64,000 nt of DNA from contig DLMY01000020.1 in NCBI GenBank assembly GCA_002478275.1, positions 13,727-77,726 of the forward strand. Direction: 5' to 3'. This DNA comes from Actinobacteria bacterium UBA7524. GTDB lineage: Bacteria; Actinomycetota; Coriobacteriia; Anaerosomatales; UBA912. Below, in pieces: positions 58,042-64,000 of the stretch (positions within the stretch are counted from its first letter, which is position 1; each line of letters begins with the position of its first letter). Both the position numbers and the translations under genes were made by a program. The notes under the pieces were generated by a model. That model saw only the letters and a list, made by a program, of their open reading frames with translations. It had not been told where the DNA came from and ran no database searches.

Positions 58042-59377
58042 GCCTACGCCGCGCGTGTGCGTCAAGACGTTCGGCTGCAAGGTCAATCAGGTCGAATCCT
58101 CCGATGTCGCCGCCAGGCTCTCTGCCGCCGGCTTCGTGCACGCCTCCGAAGAAGCGGCCGACGCCGTCATCATCAACACCTGCACCGTCACACTCGAGGC
58201 CGACCGTAAGGTGCGCAAGGCCATTCGGCATGTAGCAGCGCTTCCCGGCGCGCCTGCGGTGGTCGTCACCGGTTGCTCCGCGACGCTGCACGCCGCCGAA
58301 CTGCAAGAACTCGCGGAGCGGGTGGTCGTGGAAACCGACAAGAGCGCCGTACCCGACTTGGTGGCGCGGTTGCTCGCAGGTAGAGAAGGGGTCGCAAGGA
58401 CGCCGGATACGCGGCCGTTGGAGCCACCCTCGCAGCTTGCCACCGGCGCCAGCACCCGCACACGTGCGATGCTCAAGGTGCAGGACGGCTGCGACGCGTA
58501 CTGCGCATACTGCATCGTGCCGTACGTACGCGGGACCCCTTCGCCCGTGCCCTTCGATGAGATCGTCTGCCGGGCGAGAGACCTCGTCGCAGCGGGAACT
58601 CGCGAGATCGTCGTCACCGGCATCAACGTCGGCAAGTACCGTGACGATTCCGGCCGTCGACTCGCCGACGTGCTCGCCGCCATCGCCGCAACCGGCGTCA
58701 AGCGCATCCGCCTGTCCAGCGTCGAGCCGGGTGACCTGGACGATTCGCTCCTGTCCGCCCTCTCGCACACCCAGGCCTTTTGTCCGCATCTGCACGTGCC
58801 GTTGCAGTCGGGCTCCGACGCCGTGCTGCGAGCGATGCGTCGCACCTATACTGCCGAGGAATACCTCGATGCCCTTGCCCGCGCGCGCGATGCCATCCCG
58901 GGACTCGCGGTCACGACCGACGTCATCTGCGGCTTCCCGGGCGAGAGCGCCGAGGACGCTGCTGCGACGTCCGAGCTGTGTGTGCAAGCCGGGTTCAGCA
59001 AGCTGCATGTGTTCCGCTATTCGAAGCGTCCCGGGACGCTGGCGGCGACCATGGCCGGTCACGTGGACGGCTTTGAGATCGCGAGAAGGGCCGATGCGCT
59101 CAGGGCGGTCGGCGATGAGCTGCGCAGCGAGTTCCTCGACGGCAAGGTGGGCAGCACCGTCGAGGTCCTGGTGGAGAAGATCGATGCCATGGCGGGTTTC
59201 GCCGAGGGGACCACCGGCGACTACGCCCGGGTTCGGATAGGCTTGCTCCCCGACGGCCCGACGTCGGTTTCCACACGGGTGGGGGAGCTCGTGCAGGTGA
59301 AGGTGGTGTCCCGCGACGGAATGCTGCTGGTCGCCGAGCCTGACGTTGAGTTCGCCTCAGACTCCAATTCCGCGTGA
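58016..59377 (+). CDS. mtaB: tRNA methylthiotransferase, MtaB-like (MiaB family)
   Basis: It has VKTFGCKVNQ, the radical-SAM cluster GCDAYCAYCIVP and a TRAM-like C-terminus. The start is uncertain: GTG 58016 or 58025. Confidence 0.85.
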   Translation: MVSVAHAAEPTPRVCVKTFGCKVNQVESSDVAARLSAAGFVHASEEAADAVIINTCTVTLEADRKVRKAIRHVAALPGAPAVVVTGCSATLHAAELQELAERVVVETDKSAVPDLVARLLAGREGVARTPDTRPLEPPSQLATGASTRTRAMLKVQDGCDAYCAYCIVPYVRGTPSPVPFDEIVCRARDLVAAGTREIVVTGINVGKYRDDSGRRLADVLAAIAATGVKRIRLSSVEPGDLDDSLLSALSHTQAFCPHLHVPLQSGSDAVLRAMRRTYTAEEYLDALARARDAIPGLAVTTDVICGFPGESAEDAAATSELCVQAGFSKLHVFRYSKRPGTLAATMAGHVDGFEIARRADALRAVGDELRSEFLDGKVGSTVEVLVEKIDAMAGFAEGTTGDYARVRIGLLPDGPTSVSTRVGELVQVKVVSRDGMLLVAEPDVEFASDSNSA

Positions 59378-59405
59378 CCGTGGTAGAATTGCCAGTCAGG
59401 GGAGT

Positions 59406-59427
59406 GTCTGGCGTCGACGCGCCAGAC
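59406..59427 (+). terminator. Short stem-loop downstream of mtaB
   Basis: GTCTGGCG-TCGACG-CGCCAGAC forms an 8-bp stem. There is no U-tract. Confidence 0.3.
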
Positions 59428-59481
59428 CCGTCCCGCGTGGCGCCTCAGCGCTGCGTGTCCTAGTAGACAGAAGGTGCATGG

Positions 59482-60456
59482 TTGGTAGAGCCGACCCAGA
59501 TCAAGCTCGTCGTCCCACCGGAACTCGATATGATCGATCTCCTCGGTCAGGGCGATGACCTGCTCAGACTCATAGAGGACCGTTTCGAGTCGGACATCTC
59601 CGTGCGAGGCAACCAGATCACCATCTCCGGTCAGCCCATGGACAGTCAGGCTGTCTCAGCGCTGTTCACCGAGATGATCGGGCTGCTCGAGCGAGGTGAA
59701 CGCCTGAACACCGATTCTCTCGAGCGTTCGATTGAGATGCTCAGCGACGGCGAATGCCGCCCGACGGCGGTGTTCTCCGACGTCATACTCACGCACAAGG
59801 GCAAGTCCATCCGTCCCAAGACCGGTGGCCAGAAGCGATACGTCGATGCGATCCGCAACAACACGGTGACCTTCGGCATCGGCCCCGCCGGTACCGGCAA
59901 GACCTATCTCGCGATGGCTATGGCGGTTGACGCTCTCAAGCGCCGTGAGATCGGGCGCATCATCCTCACCCGGCCTGCCGTTGAGGCAGGGGAGTCGCTG
60001 GGCTATCTGCCCGGCACCTTGTTCGAGAAGGTCGACCCGTACCTGAGGCCGCTGTATGACGCACTGTTCGACATGATGGACGCGGAGAAGTCGCAGCAGC
60101 TCATGGACCGCGGTGTGATCGAGGTCGCGCCGCTGGCTTTCATGCGCGGTCGAACGCTCAACGACAGTTTCATCATCCTCGATGAAGCGCAGAACACGAG
60201 TCCCGAACAGATGAAGATGTTCCTCACCCGTCTGGGCTTCGGCTCCAAGGTCGTCATCACGGGAGACGTCACGCAGATCGATCTGCCCGTCGGCGCATCG
60301 GGCCTCAAGCAGGTCCGCACCATTCTCGACGGCGTCAAGGGCATCGAGTTCATCGAGCTCGGTGCGCGGGACGTCGTACGTCACAAGCTGGTCCAACGTA
60401 TCGTGAGTGCTTATGCAGCTCACGAGGAGAGCCAGGCCGAACGCCGCGATGGCTAG
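59482..60456 (+). CDS. phoH: PhoH-family ATPase
   Basis: TTG start follows AGAAGGTG. It has Walker A (GPAGTGKTYLAMA), ILDEAQN and a KH-like N-terminus. Confidence 0.9.
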   Translation: MVEPTQIKLVVPPELDMIDLLGQGDDLLRLIEDRFESDISVRGNQITISGQPMDSQAVSALFTEMIGLLERGERLNTDSLERSIEMLSDGECRPTAVFSDVILTHKGKSIRPKTGGQKRYVDAIRNNTVTFGIGPAGTGKTYLAMAMAVDALKRREIGRIILTRPAVEAGESLGYLPGTLFEKVDPYLRPLYDALFDMMDAEKSQQLMDRGVIEVAPLAFMRGRTLNDSFIILDEAQNTSPEQMKMFLTRLGFGSKVVITGDVTQIDLPVGASGLKQVRTILDGVKGIEFIELGARDVVRHKLVQRIVSAYAAHEESQAERRDG

Positions 60457-62584
60457 TCTCCTGGACAGACTCACACGGTTGGCGCCTTCGCGCGGACCGC
60501 TTGCCTCGCCGTTATTGCAGCGAGTGGTTCTCGGCATCCTCGTTGTCGCCGTCACCGCGTTCCCGCTGGTCGTGCAGACTCCGCCGATAGACCTTGTGGA
60601 AGGTGCTCCAGCCCCACGTACCATACGCGCCAATCGCCTCGTCCAGTTCGTCGACGAAGAGGCCACCGCGCGCGCCCGCGATGAAGCTGCAGCCGCAGTC
60701 GAGCCGGTGACGTCTCACGACCAGACGGTGCTGCCTGACGCACGCTCCGAGGTCACCGGCTTCTTCGAGACCGCTATCGCTGCTCGTGTCGCTGCCCGCG
60801 AGGCGACGCCGACAGCCGAGAGTCCCGAACCGGCCGTTTTCGAGCAGCTCAAGACGCAGTATCCCGACACCCCGGATGTCTATCTTCAGACCGCCTCGCA
60901 GATGGACGTGAGCGCGCTGCAGACGGCGCGCAACTCCGCCGAACAGCTGGTCACCACGGTGCTCTCGCGTCGCTTCACCGCCGATGAGCTGCCTGCGGTG
61001 ACCGAGCAGATGCGTGAGAGCACGAACCGCATGGCGTACGTCCAGCCGGTCCGCGAGCTTATCGCAGGTATCGTCGGTGCGGCGCTCAAGCCGACGCTGA
61101 CCCCTGACGAGGCGGCGACATCCGCTGCACGTGAAGCTGCCAGCGACAACGTGAGCACAGTGGTGATAGTCAAACAGGCGGGCGAGAACATCGTCTTCGA
61201 AGGCGAGATCGTGACTGCCGAGGATATCGAGATCGTCCGCAGTCTAGGCCTTCTGGAACAAGGTGGGTCCGGCATATCTTTCCTCGCCCTTGTGGCGATG
61301 TGTGCGGTCATGGTGGTCGCTGCAGGCGGTTACATCTGGCGCTACGACCAGCAGGTCTGGGACTCACTGCGGGACCTGTCGATTCTTGCGACCCTGTTCG
61401 TGGGGATGTTGTGGGCTACCCGTCTTGTGTTGTGGTGGCGGCCCGAGGTCTCGGTGTACCTGTTACCGGTGCCGTTGGCCGCGATGCTCGCCACCTTGCT
61501 GCTCACGGCGCGCGAAGGGATGGTCATCGCGGTACTCACGACCCTGGCCGCCATACTCCTGGGCTTCTCGGGCGGCGCGGACTCGGTCGGCACCCTGGTA
61601 TGGGCTATCGCCGGGGTGGTAGCGGTGGCGTTCATGACCGACCGCCGCGCCTTGTTCTACGTCGGTGCGTCTCTCGTTGTCTCCGGCGCATCGATAGCGT
61701 GGCTCACCACCGTGGCCTCGGGCGTGCCCGTATCCGACGCCAACACGGTCGCGCTATATGGTGCGATCGGTGGCCTGCTTTCGGCCGTGCTGGGCTACGG
61801 CCTTCTGCCGTTCTTCGAGTACCTGTTCGGGGTCACCACAGACGTCCGTCTGCTGGAACTGGGCAATCCCACGCAGCCGCTCCTGCGTGAGCTCATGGTG
61901 AAGGCCCCGGGAACGTACAGTCACTCCGTGATGACGGGCAATCTCGCGGAGACCGCCGCCGAGGCGATCGGGGCGAGACCCCTTCTCGCTAGGGTCGGCT
62001 CGTACTACCACGATGTCGGCAAGCTGCGCAGACCCGGCTTCTTCATCGAGAACCAGGCGGGGGCAGCCAATCCCCACGACTCGACCGCCCCGTCTTTGTC
62101 TGCGCTGATCATCACAGCTCATGTGCGGGAGGGTCTTGAGCTTGCCGCGAAACATCGTCTCCCCCAGGAGGTCATGGACATCATCCGGCAGCATCATGGC
62201 ACCTCGTTGGTCAGCTACTTCTATCAGAAGGCATCCGAAGGAGACACACCGGTCTACGAGACCGATTTTCGCTATGACGGCCAGAAGCCCCAGTCGCCGG
62301 AAGCGGCGTTGGTCATGCTAGCCGATGCCGCAGAAGCGATCGTGCGCACGGTGCGCAAGCCTACGCAGTCCCGCATCGAGGCGTCGGTTCGCAAGGTGGT
62401 CGACGCGAAGGTCGCCGATGGACAACTCGATGACGCGCGGCTGACCCTTGGGGATATCGAGACCATCGTGCGTGTGTACACGCGGATGCTCTCAGCCGTG
62501 TATCATCCCAGGATCGAGTACCCGGACCAGCCGAGCAGGAGGCCCGCGCATGAACATTCGGATCACGAGCCATCGAGATCCTGA
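60449..62584 (+). CDS. 7TM-HD (HDIG) membrane phosphodiesterase, PgpH/YqfF-like
   Basis: It has an extracellular N-domain, seven TM helices, and HD-domain motifs (HSVMTGNLAE, YYHDVGK, IIRQHHGT). It is in the canonical position between phoH and ybeY. Confidence 0.85.
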   Translation: MASLLDRLTRLAPSRGPLASPLLQRVVLGILVVAVTAFPLVVQTPPIDLVEGAPAPRTIRANRLVQFVDEEATARARDEAAAAVEPVTSHDQTVLPDARSEVTGFFETAIAARVAAREATPTAESPEPAVFEQLKTQYPDTPDVYLQTASQMDVSALQTARNSAEQLVTTVLSRRFTADELPAVTEQMRESTNRMAYVQPVRELIAGIVGAALKPTLTPDEAATSAAREAASDNVSTVVIVKQAGENIVFEGEIVTAEDIEIVRSLGLLEQGGSGISFLALVAMCAVMVVAAGGYIWRYDQQVWDSLRDLSILATLFVGMLWATRLVLWWRPEVSVYLLPVPLAAMLATLLLTAREGMVIAVLTTLAAILLGFSGGADSVGTLVWAIAGVVAVAFMTDRRALFYVGASLVVSGASIAWLTTVASGVPVSDANTVALYGAIGGLLSAVLGYGLLPFFEYLFGVTTDVRLLELGNPTQPLLRELMVKAPGTYSHSVMTGNLAETAAEAIGARPLLARVGSYYHDVGKLRRPGFFIENQAGAANPHDSTAPSLSALIITAHVREGLELAAKHRLPQEVMDIIRQHHGTSLVSYFYQKASEGDTPVYETDFRYDGQKPQSPEAALVMLADAAEAIVRTVRKPTQSRIEASVRKVVDAKVADGQLDDARLTLGDIETIVRVYTRMLSAVYHPRIEYPDQPSRRPAHEHSDHEPSRS

Positions 62585-63002
62585 ACCTCTGGACCTGACC
62601 GCCTTCGGGCAACTCGCGGAGTTCGTATTGGAGCGCGAGGACGTGCCCGAACAGACCGAGCTGTCACTGGCGGTGGTCGATATCGAGGAGATGACGGCAC
62701 TCAACGAACGCTATCGTTCGCTTGAGGGTCCGACAGACGTACTCTCGTTCGGCTGTGACGACCCGTGCCCCGTCGGCAGTGACGAGCCGATCACCCTCGG
62801 TGACGTCGTCATCGCTCCCGAGGTAGCGGAGGCACAGGCGTCCGAACACGGGAACACCGTCGAAGAGGAACTGAACCTGCTGCTGGTACACGGTGTGCTG
62901 CACTTACTGGGCTACGACCACGGTGACGATGAGAGTGCCGAGGCCATGCAGCAGCGAGAGTCCGAACTGCTCGAAGCCTACGCCCTGCACAGTAAGCGAT
63001 AA
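62550..63002 (+). CDS. ybeY: Endoribonuclease YbeY
   Basis: ATG follows GCAGGAGG. It has LNERYR, TDVLSF and the zinc motif HGVLHLLGYDH. It overlaps the upstream gene by 35 nt. Confidence 0.92.
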   Translation: MNIRITSHRDPEPLDLTAFGQLAEFVLEREDVPEQTELSLAVVDIEEMTALNERYRSLEGPTDVLSFGCDDPCPVGSDEPITLGDVVIAPEVAEAQASEHGNTVEEELNLLLVHGVLHLLGYDHGDDESAEAMQQRESELLEAYALHSKR

Positions 63003-63011
63003 GGGACCCAG

Positions 63012-63713
63012 TTGAGAGCGAAGTCTCTTCTTTGGAGCTTCAACTACGCGATCGCCGGGATCGTGTTCGCGATCAGGACCCAGCGCAACATGCGCCTTCA
63101 TGCTGCAGCCGCCGCCGTGGTCCTCGTGTCCGCGGTCGTGCTCGGTGTGGCCCGCTGGGAGATGGTCGCCCTGCTGTTCGCAATCACGTTCGTTTTCGTG
63201 AGCGAGCTGGTCAACACCGCGATCGAGGGAGCCGTTGACGTCGCTACGGTCCAATTCGATCCCATGGCCAAGGTGTCGAAGGACGTTGCGGCCGGCGCCG
63301 TTCTGGTCGCCAGTCTCAATGCGGTCGCAGTCGGTTACCTGGTGTTCTTCGAGCGTGCCGCTCGAATGGCGGAGCGAGGATTCTCGCTGGCGCGCCAGAC
63401 ACCACTCCATCTGACGGTCATCGCGATCTCGCTCAGCGCGTTGGCGGTCCTCGTGGTCAAAGCGTTCAACAAGGAGGGCAGTTTCCTTCGGGGCGGCTGG
63501 CCGAGCGGACACACCGCCCTGGCCGTGTCAGGGGCGACCGCGCTCGGATACGTGACCGGAAGCGCCAAGGCCCTTGTGCTCGCCATGTTCATCGCGGCAT
63601 TGGTCGCTCAGAGCCGGGTCGAGACTGACACTCACACCATACCGCAGGTCGTCTTCGGGGCGCTCCTGGGCTTTCTCATCACGACTGCGGTCTTTCAAGT
63701 ATCCTGGTCCTGA
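63012..63713 (+). CDS. dgkA: DgkA-type lipid (undecaprenol/diacylglycerol) kinase fused to a PAP2-like phosphatase domain
   Basis: TTG start. The N-terminal half (SFNYAIAGIVFAIRTQRNMRLH, ELVNTAIEGAVD) matches prokaryotic DgkA. The C-terminal half has WPSGHTA and SRVETDTH, which are the PAP2 motifs PSGH and SRx5H. Confidence 0.8.
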   Translation: MRAKSLLWSFNYAIAGIVFAIRTQRNMRLHAAAAAVVLVSAVVLGVARWEMVALLFAITFVFVSELVNTAIEGAVDVATVQFDPMAKVSKDVAAGAVLVASLNAVAVGYLVFFERAARMAERGFSLARQTPLHLTVIAISLSALAVLVVKAFNKEGSFLRGGWPSGHTALAVSGATALGYVTGSAKALVLAMFIAALVAQSRVETDTHTIPQVVFGALLGFLITTAVFQVSWS

Positions 63714-63735
63714 CCACGGGAGGTTGTAGGAGTCT

Positions 63736-64000
63736 TTGATATCCGGAGTAGCCATAGTCATCACGTTGGCACTCAGTGCCGTGGCGGCGCTCATGGCCGC
63801 CGAGGAGGCCGCGAGCACTCTCGTGTCCTCGGGCCGTGCGTTGAGGCTCGCGGAAGCCGACCGCGGGGGAGCCGCCTCGCTGGTCGCTCTCCTCGGCAAG
63901 GCGCATCGTCTGCGTGCGGTCACGGCGCTTACGGCCGGTCTTGCATACTCCGTTGGGGCCCTGACCGCCGCATGGTCACTGTTCGTCCATACGCGTCTGG
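63736..64000 (+). CDS. DUF21/CNNM-type membrane domain protein (hemolysin/CorC-like), 5' part only
   Basis: TTG 63736 follows GGGAGG...AGGAG. The hydrophobic N-terminus (GVAIVITLALSAVAALMAAEEAA) is typical of DUF21-CBS proteins that follow ybeY/dgkA. It is truncated by the window end. Confidence 0.6.
   Translation, partial: MISGVAIVITLALSAVAALMAAEEAASTLVSSGRALRLAEADRGGAASLVALLGKAHRLRAVTALTAGLAYSVGALTAAWSLFVHTRL

Overview
This is a gene-dense, high-GC chromosomal segment (GC judged by eye, not computed). I call 62 protein-coding genes and 2 tRNAs; 57 of the CDS are on the + strand, and many junctions are 4-nt ATGA/GTGA start/stop overlaps. I saw no rRNA, CRISPR array, transposase, integrase or prophage. 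All functional calls rest on motifs read from the ORF translations and on remembered family signatures; no searches were run.

The content is almost entirely core housekeeping:
- lipid genes (dagK-like kinase, plsY)
- a stand-alone EF-G paralogue
- a cyclophilin lipoprotein plus a TPR protein, and ndk
- a four-subunit group-3b-type [NiFe] hydrogenase (hydBGDA order), followed directly by rnfCDGEAB and a NusG-domain-II/Gx-transporter pair
- radC-mreBCD-mrdA-rodA
- a radical-SAM (TIGR03960-like) / DUF2344-like pair, then RNase E/G, rplU, rpmA and obg
- proBA, then nadD, yqeK, an LCP-like protein and rsfS
- leuS, then comEA, comEC and holA
- rpsT, then lepA, hemW, hrcA (with a CIRCE operator), dnaJ, rsmE and mtaB
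- phoH, a PgpH-like protein, ybeY, a dgkA fusion and the start of a DUF21/CBS-type gene

The synteny mix (hrcA-dnaJ without grpE-dnaK, phoH-ybeY-CBS, mreBCD, Rnf plus an NAD(P)-type hydrogenase) suggests an anaerobic high-GC Gram-positive, possibly a Coriobacteriia-like actinobacterium. This is inference only.

The most unusual item is the first operon (159-3381). It encodes a GT2 glycosyltransferase, an LmbE/PIG-L deacetylase, a 520-aa protein with BshC-like motifs, and a ferredoxin, and it sits next to an OsmC-family gene. This could be a non-canonical low-molecular-weight-thiol or aminosugar-conjugate pathway.

Other points worth a second look:
- ribosomal protein L21 carries a repeat-rich basic tail ending in a Cys3-His module
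- a DgkA-PAP2 fusion
- a hydrogenase large subunit that ends exactly at the DPCxxCxxH histidine
- a lone minus-strand secreted CARDB-like protein with a 443-bp upstream region next to tRNA-Ala
- a DUF697-like protein with a degenerate P-loop
- a 217-nt comEC/holA overlap
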